A stretch of DNA of 64,000 nt from a virus. Positions 21,757 through 31,124 of the stretch are shown here, piece after piece (within the stretch, counting starts at the first letter, position 1; each line of letters opens with the position of its first letter). Where the stretch lies: positions 1 to 64,000 of the IMG/VR virus record IMGVR_UViG_3300042505_001173; one strand, written 5' to 3'. The translations under genes were made by a program, and so were the position numbers. The notes below the pieces were generated by a model that had not been told where the DNA came from, ran no database searches, and was given only the letters and a program-made list of their open reading frames with translations.

Positions 21757-23883
21757 TTATAAAACGTTGCCCGATACTACAACCTCGAGTGTTTTTACAA
21801 ATCTAATAGTTGCTAATCCTCTTGCTGCAATAGTAATTGATGTTTTTACTCCGGTTTTACCTGCAACGTACATATACAGTACACCGGTTTTATTTAACGT
21901 AATAGTACTATCACTATCATTATAAATCGATACTGTATCACCTATTGAAAGCACATTTGGAGCGAGAACAACATCACTAAATGTATTAATTGTTTTACCT
22001 ACATCACTGACCATGATAGTATACATTGAAAAAACAGGTTTTAAAATGAACTTACGAACGTTTCCTAACCCGTCAGCCACTATACCGTCAGCAGATACGT
22101 TACCTTGTGTTGATATACTGGTATCAGCAGTAATTGTACCTGATGTAGATATATTACCAGTAAAGGTCGCACCCAATAAACTAGCTTTACCTGCTAACAC
22201 TAAATTAGTAGCAGTGCTAACAGGCTTATCTAAATCAGCAGTATTATCAACTTGGTCTAAACCAACATCAGCTTTTACTAATGTAACAATGCCTGTTTTA
22301 CCAGCTACGGTATCGACAGCACCGGAAGTAATATACACATATTGTGAACCTGACCAACGGTACGTTTTATTTGTATCAGTTTCAACATAAATTCTATTTG
22401 TGATTCCGGTTACCGGAAAAGCTGATAATGTTGCATACTCTTCTATTTGATCAACAAATGCTGGTAAATATTGTACATCGATCAATGTATTTGCATCAAG
22501 AGGACAATATCCATTTGGCGCACCTTTTTCAGATGATGCTTGATATACATCATCATGGTTATGATCACCCGCTGCGACATCTAACGAACTTGTACCTACT
22601 GGTAATCTAGCAACATCAATGGTATTGGCGGTAATGTTACTTGCATCTAAATTATTAATAAGGTGTCCGTCACCTGTAATACCGTCCCAAACATCAAGAC
22701 CGCCAACCACTAATAGATTACGACTGATGGTAGCGTCACGTGTCACTGACAAGTCCTGATTTATACTAACGTCTGTACTAACTACTAAATCACCGGAAAT
22801 ATTAGCTTGACCATTACTAACAGAAAACGCACCGGTTAATGCAAAATCTCCACCGACTGTTAAATCACCTGTAATAGTAGCGTTTTGACCAACTGTTAGA
22901 CCGAGACTGATTGAACCAGTTCCATTAATGCTATAATCACCTTGTACGATATTATTACTAATAGTAGTAATATCACCTGTAGAGCTTAACGATCCAGCTA
23001 CATTCACGTCACCGTTAATTGTAACCGTGTATGCACCTGGTGCACCAGTGCTTACAAAACTCAATGCAACATCGTCGGTAGTAGAAGCATCATTAAATTT
23101 TAGAACACAATCATACGTGTTATCAACGCTCCAAACCCATGATGATGGATCGGTTGTTAGATCTGTATTACCCCCGTGAGCTAAGACAACAGCTCCTCCT
23201 AACACCGGTGACGTTGCATGAGATTTTAAAGTATTAGCAATAAAATCTCCGGACGCTAATAATGAATCTAATGTATAATTATTTAATCTGAAGGTGTAAT
23301 CTTGTGAACCTGATTTATCACCATGAAAATCGATATATTGACCAATTTCCATTACACCTTGCTTATCTATAGATGGCGATGCTTTTGCCCACCATGAACC
23401 GTCGACAGCAGTTGCTAATGTTAATTTTACCCAGTTAATAGGAAGTCTTGCAGGTTCAACAGCTAGCATATAAGGTTGGTCGTTTACAACTGCTATTTCA
23501 CCTTTTTTAGCTGTTAAATGAGGTAACAATGTTGGCCAATCTAATCCAATATAAACATTACCAGATGTAATTTGAGGTGGCCAAGTAGCATCCATGACAC
23601 CGTTGCGTTCAATACCTACATAACCTACAGGTGCATCTCGACCTATCGTTGTAGCAATAAAGTCAAACGCAATAGTTTCATCTGCTGGCACCCATGCACC
23701 GTCCTGCTTAACGTACAGTCCAGGATTGATATCTGTTTGGTATGCAAAATCATAATTTTCGTCAGCTAAGACCGTGACCATTTCACTCGACGGTACATAA
23801 GCTACAATATGGTATTGTTTAGGTGTTGTTAATGATGAGTTTAGTTCATCGAGTAATGTGATCATTTTTAATCCTGTGGACAT
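21757..23883 (-). CDS. Tail fibre-like protein
   Basis: GVMEIGQYIDFH, KGAPNGYCPLD, YRWSGSQY and VGLDQVDNTADLDKPVS fibre motifs. Confidence 0.8.
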   Translation of the reverse strand: MSTGLKMITLLDELNSSLTTPKQYHIVAYVPSSEMVTVLADENYDFAYQTDINPGLYVKQDGAWVPADETIAFDFIATTIGRDAPVGYVGIERNGVMDATWPPQITSGNVYIGLDWPTLLPHLTAKKGEIAVVNDQPYMLAVEPARLPINWVKLTLATAVDGSWWAKASPSIDKQGVMEIGQYIDFHGDKSGSQDYTFRLNNYTLDSLLASGDFIANTLKSHATSPVLGGAVVLAHGGNTDLTTDPSSWVWSVDNTYDCVLKFNDASTTDDVALSFVSTGAPGAYTVTINGDVNVAGSLSSTGDITTISNNIVQGDYSINGTGSISLGLTVGQNATITGDLTVGGDFALTGAFSVSNGQANISGDLVVSTDVSINQDLSVTRDATISRNLLVVGGLDVWDGITGDGHLINNLDASNITANTIDVARLPVGTSSLDVAAGDHNHDDVYQASSEKGAPNGYCPLDANTLIDVQYLPAFVDQIEEYATLSAFPVTGITNRIYVETDTNKTYRWSGSQYVYITSGAVDTVAGKTGIVTLVKADVGLDQVDNTADLDKPVSTATNLVLAGKASLLGATFTGNISTSGTITADTSISTQGNVSADGIVADGLGNVRKFILKPVFSMYTIMVSDVGKTINTFSDVVLAPNVLSIGDTVSIYNDSDSTITLNKTGVLYMYVAGKTGVKTSITIAARGLATIRFVKTLEVVVSGNVL

Positions 23884-23909
23884 AGTTCCAATAAATATAT
23901 ATTATTTAT

Positions 23910-23938
23910 TTGATTTTTTACGAAAAAGTCTATATAAT
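23910..23938 (+). promoter_or_regulatory. Sigma70-type promoter
   Basis: TTGATT-N17-TATAAT upstream of small plus-strand ORFs. Confidence 0.7.
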
Positions 23939-23968
23939 ATTAAAGATTGTTAATGAAGAGGGTTTGCA

Positions 23969-24076
23969 ATGACTGAAGAGCAATATAAAAAGATGTTAGA
24001 GCTCATTACGGCGATGAGTAAACGGTTAGGATATATGGAAGATAAATTAGATAGGTTGTTGAAAGACAAAAAATAA
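23969..24076 (+). CDS. 35-aa coiled-coil-like peptide
   Basis: MTEEQYKKMLELITAMSKRLGYMEDKLDRLLKDKK; GAGGG RBS; follows the promoter; below the ORF track cutoff. Confidence 0.6.
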   Translation: MTEEQYKKMLELITAMSKRLGYMEDKLDRLLKDKK

Positions 24077-24098
24077 ACTATTTTTGGTGGAGGGTTGT

Positions 24099-24404
24099 AT
24101 GGTATACGGTGGAATTTTTAGTTTAGTTATAATTTGTGGTATTTGGGTAATTATGTTTTTACGTGATGCAAAAAACTTATCATGCAAAGACTTAATAAAA
24201 TATATTGTAGTTGTTATCGCTATTATTTCAGGTATTGGATTTAAACTATACGGTAAATATGAAATTGAAAAATTTCAAGATGTTCATAACAATGACGTCG
24301 TTTTTACATATATAGATTCAATGAATATAGTAGATTTGCGTAATAAATTAAAAGCATGTCAAATTGATTCGAGCAATTGTACGATTGTGTTTCCGCAAAA
24401 ATAG
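24099..24404 (+). CDS. Small two-TM membrane protein
   Basis: GGAGGG RBS before ATG 24099; two hydrophobic segments. Confidence 0.65.
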   Translation: MVYGGIFSLVIICGIWVIMFLRDAKNLSCKDLIKYIVVVIAIISGIGFKLYGKYEIEKFQDVHNNDVVFTYIDSMNIVDLRNKLKACQIDSSNCTIVFPQK

Positions 24405-24414
24405 ATACACATAG

Positions 24415-24442
24415 AAAGAGCGCACAATGTGCGCTCTTTTTT
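24415..24442. terminator. Bidirectional terminator
   Basis: aaagagcgcac-aat-gtgcgctcttt plus T run, between convergent genes. Confidence 0.8.
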
Positions 24443-24698
24443 ATAATTCTTTTATATTATTAATAGCAAGAATTCTCTTCATTAACGATAGGGTCTGTCG
24501 ATTATAGTTCTTATCGATATACACTAACAAGTCCTCTTTTTCATCGATGATAAGTACTTTATCTTTGAACTTACTTACATCAAATAAACAATCATCCGTA
24601 AAAAAATCTGTAATAAAATTATAGAATGTGTATGTGAACGGTTTACCTAATTCACATAATCTCTTACGTCTTGCTAACCTATCGTAAACGGTATTCAT
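24441..24698 (-). CDS. Hypothetical protein
   Basis: 85 aa, ATGA-coupled to the upstream gene. Confidence 0.55.
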   Translation of the reverse strand: MNTVYDRLARRKRLCELGKPFTYTFYNFITDFFTDDCLFDVSKFKDKVLIIDEKEDLLVYIDKNYNRQTLSLMKRILAINNIKEL

Positions 24699-25177
24699 GG
24701 CTTTTTAATATAATAGAAATGTGACCTTACACCCATGAATGTAGCATCACCTTCACCTGCCATTTCCCACCCATAACGTGTTGTCATTTTTTTGGTAATC
24801 ATACCGTAAACCCGTACTCTAACAGGGTCGGTTTCATCACCACCGTAATACAAAACATCTACGGTATTAGCTTGAATAAATTTAACAGCGATATTAATTA
24901 CTGTAGAAATTAATTCAATTGGCTTGTTTGTAGGGAATCGTGTATTTACAGGTTGTCCAGTATTTGAGTCCATTGGTGCAAACGCATAATACCATGTATT
25001 ATTCGTTACAGGTGGTGCTGGGTTAAATTGTCTATAGATCATACTATCTTCTTCAATTTTACGCATTTGTACTGCGTATTCTTGACCATCGACAACAAAC
25101 GAACTATAGTACGCATCTCCGTGCCACTTCCAATTTAATCCATTTTCCTTATCGTCATATAACTCAAATAATCTCAT
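24695..25177 (-). CDS. Hypothetical protein, possible divergent GNAT-like fold
   Basis: MRLFEL leader; ISTV...F...RVRVY pattern recalled from jumbo phage proteins; fold is inference. Confidence 0.5.
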   Translation of the reverse strand: MRLFELYDDKENGLNWKWHGDAYYSSFVVDGQEYAVQMRKIEEDSMIYRQFNPAPPVTNNTWYYAFAPMDSNTGQPVNTRFPTNKPIELISTVINIAVKFIQANTVDVLYYGGDETDPVRVRVYGMITKKMTTRYGWEMAGEGDATFMGVRSHFYYIKKP

Positions 25178-25179
25178 GA

Positions 25180-26001
25180 TTATTTTGCGTAATAGTCGCG
25201 AATCAATGCTTCGAGGAAGCTACGATATTGAGGAATTGCACTCAAATACGAAATATCAGCTTTATTGACATCTTCATTCGATGAATTTTTGAATTCGTTA
25301 TTTTCCATATGGATTTGATATTTGCGAACTCCACCGCGAGCTTGAGGATCATTAGGACCTGACGGTTTCGTAAAGATAATATAAAGCTTACCTTGTGCAG
25401 AATATTCATTAAATTTGCAAGGTTTATCTGTATAAGCTGTACACCATGCTGTACCGCCGCCATACAATTGAGCTGCTGCTTCTGTTTTTGGAATAATTAC
25501 TGTAAAATCGTCAGATTTAAACCCGTTATAGATTTCAGCTCCTTCCAATTTAGTTTCAGCTTTTTGTTGTTTACCCGATTTAAGATCTTGAGCGACAACT
25601 GCATCAACAGCTGCAGCGAAACCATCATCACCGTTATAGATAGGGTAATTCATAACACTGTTAGAATGTCCAGCTGCAACTAATGCATTTTTAACAACAG
25701 GTTTTTCAAATGCTTCTAAACGTTCTTTAAGTTTTCCTAACTCAGCTAATTTAAATTGATTATTAGCGTACCATTGCATAACGCGTACAATCGATTTATT
25801 AGCTGGCATACCTAAAAATTTTGAAATTTCTTGTACGAGTGCTAATGCATTTTCAGCTTGTGGTTTATTTGGAGTATCATCAGCAGCGTATGCTTGTAAA
25901 ATAGCTTCCGAATTTTTAGCAGCTTCATCTTCACGAGCTTCATCAATTTGATAAGACTCATTAATACCTGCCAATGTAAGTAATCTGTCTAGATCTAACA
26001 T
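25180..26001 (-). CDS. GTxWCT-motif (PcfJ-like) jumbo phage protein
   Basis: PKTEAAAQLYGGGTAWCTA...LYII...KYQIH; GAGGTG RBS favours ATG 26001; LLTLAGINE leader. Confidence 0.65.
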   Translation of the reverse strand: MLDLDRLLTLAGINESYQIDEAREDEAAKNSEAILQAYAADDTPNKPQAENALALVQEISKFLGMPANKSIVRVMQWYANNQFKLAELGKLKERLEAFEKPVVKNALVAAGHSNSVMNYPIYNGDDGFAAAVDAVVAQDLKSGKQQKAETKLEGAEIYNGFKSDDFTVIIPKTEAAAQLYGGGTAWCTAYTDKPCKFNEYSAQGKLYIIFTKPSGPNDPQARGGVRKYQIHMENNEFKNSSNEDVNKADISYLSAIPQYRSFLEALIRDYYAK

Positions 26002-26075
26002 GGTTGTGTACACCTCATTTGTTAATTTGCTAATAATTATGTTATTGTATTTAGCTTTACTAAATACCTCAAGTG

Positions 26076-26113
26076 AAAAAAAACGTCCAGCTCCTGACGA
26101 ACTGGACGTTTTT
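26076..26113 (-). terminator. Intrinsic terminator
   Basis: aaaaacgtccag / ctggacgttttt stem, U8 tail on the minus strand. Confidence 0.75.
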
Positions 26114-26123
26114 AATTGATATT

Positions 26124-26222
26124 TTAAGCGTATACCATTGCGGTTATAGCCATAGCTATTAACAATGGATTATAGATAAAATAACCAAAGCATGAAAGCA
26201 AAGTAAGTAAGATGTATTTCAT
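26124..26222 (-). CDS. 32-aa hydrophobic peptide
   Basis: MKYILLTLLSCFGYFIYNPLLIAMAITAMVYA; lies between TATAAATA (26338-26345) and a terminator. Confidence 0.5.
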   Translation of the reverse strand: MKYILLTLLSCFGYFIYNPLLIAMAITAMVYA

Positions 26223-26370
26223 ATTTGTATCACTCATGGTTGAGTTTTAAATTAAAACTAGCCATTCTTATGGGTTGGCTAATTGTACGTGATATGTTAA
26301 ACCACACAACACGATGTATTATAATATATCGCTCATCTATTTATACAGTACTTTCATTGAAGATTATCTA

Positions 26371-26583
26371 TTATTCATTGATAATTAATTCATTAATCAT
26401 TAAGAATTCCACAAACCCTAATTTTTCACCAATCATTTTTTTGTAGATTCCAGTAATCAACGCATAATTATCAGCTTGTCCTTGTTTTTTAGCAATCGCT
26501 TTAGCTTTATTCCATCTACCTTCCGCTTCACTGGTAGATATATGATGTTTTTTAGCTGTCTTTTTAATATATGAAGTAGGCAT
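26371..26583 (-). CDS. Small basic protein, ChaB-like
   Basis: MPTSYIKK...EGRWNKAK...NYALITGIYKKM; ATAAATA upstream; family call tentative. Confidence 0.55.
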   Translation of the reverse strand: MPTSYIKKTAKKHHISTSEAEGRWNKAKAIAKKQGQADNYALITGIYKKMIGEKLGFVEFLMINELIINE

Positions 26584-26644
26584 TGTTTAAGTCCATTAAC
26601 AATTTTGCGGTAAGATAATATCGAATAAAAACATTTATTTATCA

Positions 26645-26673
26645 TTGATAATAAATTGAATTTATAATATAAT
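26645..26673 (+). promoter_or_regulatory. Sigma70-type promoter
   Basis: TTGATA-N17-TATAAT upstream of 26720. Confidence 0.7.
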
Positions 26674-26719
26674 ACATCCGTAGAGATATAGTTTTTAAAA
26701 AAACATAAAGGATGATAAT

Positions 26720-27556
26720 ATGGATTATAAATTAGTTTTTGCGAATGATATTAAGATTGAGTCACACGCAAAAGGGGTTGACGTAGTCATTAATAACGAA
26801 CATACAGCTTCATTTGCTGAACTATCTAACGTAGTGAAGTTATATCGGACAGATAAGGATGAATGTGTCAAGCGTCTAACAGGTGGTTCATTTTTCTTTA
26901 TAAACGGACAACTCATTGATCATAGAGATATAACATACCAAGGGTATATTATGACTGATTCAGATATTTCTGAATTAATGTCAAAGCTTGGCTATGTTAC
27001 AGGTGTACCAGTAAAAGATCTAAAAGGTCTACACTTAGTGAATAGCGGTCGCAGCGATTATACGTTAATTTCACCGTATAAGCGTAGAGGTCTAACTTTA
27101 GGTTCAGTTGAATTATATCATGTATGGAGTACGTTTTCAAGTAATATTAGATTTTCATATAAAATTACAGTAGAAGAAGGTGATGTAATTTTTAATAGAC
27201 CTCTATCGAACCATAAAGTATCAATTACATCAAAAAACTGGTATAATATACTATTAAGAGATAGTGAAGTATGTTTATCAAAAATAGTTAACATATTTGA
27301 AGCAAAATTTGTAAATCTATCAAACGAGAAATGTTTAGGTAAAGATGTAGCTAATATTAATGAACACGCTAATATTAGATTTGTTCAAGAAATCATAGAC
27401 GATACATCAAAAACATATGCTGATGATGAAGAAACACATTTAACAAAATTAAAAGCATGGCAATACGTCGTTGAATTAATTCAATATGATACAAACGATG
27501 GAAAATACATAGGTCAGTTGTATCAAATTGCAAACAACTTATTATGGGTAAAGTAA
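26720..27556 (+). CDS. Hypothetical protein
   Basis: 278 aa, AAGGA RBS. Confidence 0.7.
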   Translation: MDYKLVFANDIKIESHAKGVDVVINNEHTASFAELSNVVKLYRTDKDECVKRLTGGSFFFINGQLIDHRDITYQGYIMTDSDISELMSKLGYVTGVPVKDLKGLHLVNSGRSDYTLISPYKRRGLTLGSVELYHVWSTFSSNIRFSYKITVEEGDVIFNRPLSNHKVSITSKNWYNILLRDSEVCLSKIVNIFEAKFVNLSNEKCLGKDVANINEHANIRFVQEIIDDTSKTYADDEETHLTKLKAWQYVVELIQYDTNDGKYIGQLYQIANNLLWVK

Positions 27557-27972
27557 TGGATGAACAAAAAATAACCACATATCAAAAAACAATATTATTT
27601 CATTTCGCAAGTGTTGAATCTAAATTATTTCGAAACCGGTTTTTGTTGGTGTTTATAGCAGGTTTAATTTTAGCTTTATCAGCTTCGATCGGTACGTTAT
27701 GGTACAATAACGGGTTAATTCCATCGTTAGAGTCAAGTACAGTATTAGTTGTTAGTGTACTAATCATGATGTATTTGATTCAAATAAACAGATATTTAAC
27801 CGCAGCATCTGTATTTCTAATTGAACTTCATACTAGATTGTTTATGTTTATGAGAATTTTCAAACAGTTTGATTCAAGTGATGAAAATGTTGATTTTAAG
27901 ACAATTCTCGAAACTGAAATGGATCTATTAGAAAGTGAGATTAAACATCGGTTTAAACACACAATACGATAG
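27556..27972 (+). CDS. Two-TM membrane protein
   Basis: TAATG coupling at 27554-27558; two hydrophobic helices. Confidence 0.65.
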   Translation: MDEQKITTYQKTILFHFASVESKLFRNRFLLVFIAGLILALSASIGTLWYNNGLIPSLESSTVLVVSVLIMMYLIQINRYLTAASVFLIELHTRLFMFMRIFKQFDSSDENVDFKTILETEMDLLESEIKHRFKHTIR

Positions 27973-27991
27973 ATTCTTAAAACTCTAGTCT

Positions 27992-28022
27992 AAACCCCTA
28001 GTCTAAAACCCTAGGGGTTTTT
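27992..28022 (+). terminator. Intrinsic terminator
   Basis: aaacccctag / ctaggggttt plus T run. Confidence 0.8.
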
Positions 28023-28040
28023 ACTGTCTACTCGACTAGC

Positions 28041-28047
28041 ATAAATA
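28041..28047 (+). promoter_or_regulatory. T4-like late promoter motif
   Basis: ATAAATA about 35 nt before 28082; the same core precedes many structural genes here. Confidence 0.6.
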
Positions 28048-28081
28048 CGTAATCTATTTCACCAATTATTAGAATATAAAA

Positions 28082-29191
28082 ATGAGCACATTTTACCAAT
28101 TTTTAGTCGAGTCAGAAGTAGCAGATCAATGGCTATCAACTCACGTGAGACATACAGTTGATAAGTACCCAACCCAAGAAATTATTGATGGTTTAATCCA
28201 CTCATATCCATATACAAAAAAATTACCTGTATACAGAAGCGTTAATTTTGCTGATGAAGAACAGTATAGAACATTTTTAGAACAAACTGACCACGGTACT
28301 AAATTATCAACTAGTACTATTACATCGTGGTCACCTGATGCACATACTGCGCACCAATACGCTGTTACACGTCCAACGTTCTTCGACGGTGAAGGTAAGT
28401 TTGCACAACCTGAAGATAAGAAACGCAATGAACGCGATTTTCTAGTCGGTACAGCGGGAGTTGTATTAAAATTAAATGTACCTTCAAATTCAGCAATTGA
28501 TGTTTCACAATCAAAGTACACCCATGAAAGTGAGATCATCTTAGTACCTGGACATTATGATATATCTATCTACAAAACAACCATACCGTACGTTAGATCT
28601 ATTCACGATGAAAATTATGATGAAATTATCCAAGCGTTAGATGATTTAGATTCAGGCTTCAATAGACAAAAACTTGAACATGTTTTGTTTAGATTTGCTG
28701 ATTTATCAAATGAAGCTAAAACTAAAATTTGGGAACTATTTAAATTTAAAGATAAAATTGATACTTATGTAGATGTACAAGGTAGTGATCAATCTGAAGA
28801 TAATGTTATTCGTGTAGATTACGATATTCCAGACGGGTTATTGTACTGCTATAGAATTTTATTACCAGAACATCAACAATCGGTTAGGTTAGCTGTTAAA
28901 AATGCGTTGCAAGACATCAGTAATAAAATTGAAAAACTTGCAAAAGAAAAAGAAATCGATCTTAGAACGGTTCGTATTCATGCATCACCTACTATCGTAT
29001 TAGGTGAGTTAATTACCGGTATCAATGCATTTAGAAATATCGATAATGAATTGCAACAACGTTATAGAAGCGTTGAAAATGAAACTGATATTAAATCGAT
29101 TGAAAAATTACCACACGATGAAAAAATTCAAGCGATTAAACGTTTCAGTAATGATTTAATTCAAGTGATCAACAACCTACCTAAACAATAA
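28082..29191 (+). CDS. Putative ADP-ribosyltransferase (R-S-E type), probably capsid-packaged
   Basis: VYRSV, TSWS...A..YA, VVLKL, HESEIIL in canonical ART order; leader MSTFYQFLVE resembles the T4 capsid targeting sequence. Confidence 0.6.
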   Translation: MSTFYQFLVESEVADQWLSTHVRHTVDKYPTQEIIDGLIHSYPYTKKLPVYRSVNFADEEQYRTFLEQTDHGTKLSTSTITSWSPDAHTAHQYAVTRPTFFDGEGKFAQPEDKKRNERDFLVGTAGVVLKLNVPSNSAIDVSQSKYTHESEIILVPGHYDISIYKTTIPYVRSIHDENYDEIIQALDDLDSGFNRQKLEHVLFRFADLSNEAKTKIWELFKFKDKIDTYVDVQGSDQSEDNVIRVDYDIPDGLLYCYRILLPEHQQSVRLAVKNALQDISNKIEKLAKEKEIDLRTVRIHASPTIVLGELITGINAFRNIDNELQQRYRSVENETDIKSIEKLPHDEKIQAIKRFSNDLIQVINNLPKQ

Positions 29192-30111
29192 TGGATAATT
29201 ACAGAATTGAATTTTCTAACAAGTCAAAGACGCCGTTTGAGGTTGGATACCGATCATTCAATTCTCAAACATCCTTGACTTTACCAGGTAAGAATAGCGT
29301 TAATTATGGAAAAGACTTAAATTCATGTTTTTACCATTTATTAGAAAGCTTTAGTAACGATTTACCACCAGTTAATCCGATTGAAGGACAGACGTGGTAT
29401 GATTACGACAGTAAAGTCTTACGGATATACAATTTAGATCGATGGGAACGTGTCGGTTTAATGGATCCTCCAACAGTACCAAATGATGCTGTTGGACCAT
29501 CTGAAATGCAATCAATCATAAACCAATACCTTAAAACAGATATTGGTGAGATGGCTGGGCCATTATTGTTAAAAGAGACGTCTATTGGTGATTCTGACAA
29601 CGCTGCTGTAACGAAACGGTACGTAGATAATCAACAACCACCAACGATGAATGATTTGGTACCATTGAGTGGTAATCAAGTCGCGATAACAGATGGTATT
29701 ATAGTCGAAGATGTACCAATTAGAGAGACTTTACAAGCTGTTACCAAAATATACGCTGACGAAAACTCCCCATCAGTACAACGGGTTAAAGATAGTTTAG
29801 TATTAGTTAACGGTAATGCAGCAAAGAACATCATTAACGTTGTTAAGTTGGTACCCCATAACCAACTTTTTGTATTTGGTTGTATTAGTCTGTTAGGTTC
29901 AAATGCTTTTAGAGATGTACCGTTAGGTAATATAGGTGACATCATAAATGCCAGTTTAACAGTTACCAAAACTGGTACAGCTAATGCGGCTACTGTTAGT
30001 GCAAGATTCATTTCACGTGATGGTATAGTTGATACAATTAGAGTGATAAAACATGGTGATTTAACATTACCTGTGTCAGTATATTTTACTATAACAGGAA
30101 ACATAGCATGA
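29191..30111 (+). CDS. Short baseplate/fibre paralog 1
   Basis: TSLTLPGK...HLLESFS...PVNPIEGQTWYD N-domain; two AVTKxYxD motifs. Confidence 0.75.
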   Translation: MDNYRIEFSNKSKTPFEVGYRSFNSQTSLTLPGKNSVNYGKDLNSCFYHLLESFSNDLPPVNPIEGQTWYDYDSKVLRIYNLDRWERVGLMDPPTVPNDAVGPSEMQSIINQYLKTDIGEMAGPLLLKETSIGDSDNAAVTKRYVDNQQPPTMNDLVPLSGNQVAITDGIIVEDVPIRETLQAVTKIYADENSPSVQRVKDSLVLVNGNAAKNIINVVKLVPHNQLFVFGCISLLGSNAFRDVPLGNIGDIINASLTVTKTGTANAATVSARFISRDGIVDTIRVIKHGDLTLPVSVYFTITGNIA

Positions 30112-31109
30112 TAGATACATCCTTAATAATCTATTCTACAAACTCAATGTTACCAAAATCGATTACAGTTGCTCCGCGTACACGTGATACTAGTACATCA
30201 CTAGTACTACACGGAGATGGTACTTTTAACTATGGTCATGAACTGTTAACAAACCTGTTACATTTAGCTGAAAATTTTAGTAATAGTACACCACCTACTA
30301 ACCCAATATCTGGTCAAAAATTCTATAATAATGTTGAAAAACTGTTATATGTATACCACGATATATGGAATGAGAGTATAAGTTCATATGTCGGTGAGTG
30401 GACACCGATTACTATTGTAGAAAACTCAAGCACGTTAGATATAGTGTACGAGTCTGAAATCACGTCAAAGCATAGTGATCGAACACTATCACAGTATGTT
30501 AGTAAAATAATTCCATTGATTGGTAATAATTCGCCTGTAGAACTAACATTAATTGATGTTCCGCCGGAAATTGACAATCAAGCTGTTACCAAAAAATACG
30601 CTGATTCGATACTATCACGTCCTGTACCGTATGTACCTAAAACAGGTACAGTTACAATGACAGGACCATTGATATTACCTGATACTGCGAGAACAGACAA
30701 TGATAATACATTAGTAAATATTAAATACGTCTACGAATTAGGTAGGTTCGATATTAAAGATGAAATTTCATCACCGAACGAATATAATGTAATTACCTAC
30801 TCTGATGTTGGTCGGAAACAAGCTGATGGTACCGATGATGTATCACCTTGGTTCACAATGATATATTTTAATGAAACTATTGCAGACGGTTTAAACAATA
30901 AACAAATATCTTTACCGTTTACATTCTCAACTGCCGTGAACATAGATACATCGTACAACTATAGTATGGCTGTAACATGCAGTTCTGTGGGATCTAATGT
31001 TGTCTTACATGCAGTAGTAAATTCAGGTTCATCAATTACAATAACTAGACCGGGGACTACAGGAGAGTTAAAAATCTGTGGAACTGTGTACGGTTTCCGG
31101 AATAGATAG
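30108..31109 (+). CDS. Short baseplate/fibre paralog 2
   Basis: TSLVLHG...NLLHLAENFS...PTNPISGQ; AVTKKYAD. Confidence 0.75.
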   Translation: MIDTSLIIYSTNSMLPKSITVAPRTRDTSTSLVLHGDGTFNYGHELLTNLLHLAENFSNSTPPTNPISGQKFYNNVEKLLYVYHDIWNESISSYVGEWTPITIVENSSTLDIVYESEITSKHSDRTLSQYVSKIIPLIGNNSPVELTLIDVPPEIDNQAVTKKYADSILSRPVPYVPKTGTVTMTGPLILPDTARTDNDNTLVNIKYVYELGRFDIKDEISSPNEYNVITYSDVGRKQADGTDDVSPWFTMIYFNETIADGLNNKQISLPFTFSTAVNIDTSYNYSMAVTCSSVGSNVVLHAVVNSGSSITITRPGTTGELKICGTVYGFRNR

Positions 31110-31124
31110 CAGGTTAATTAAACA

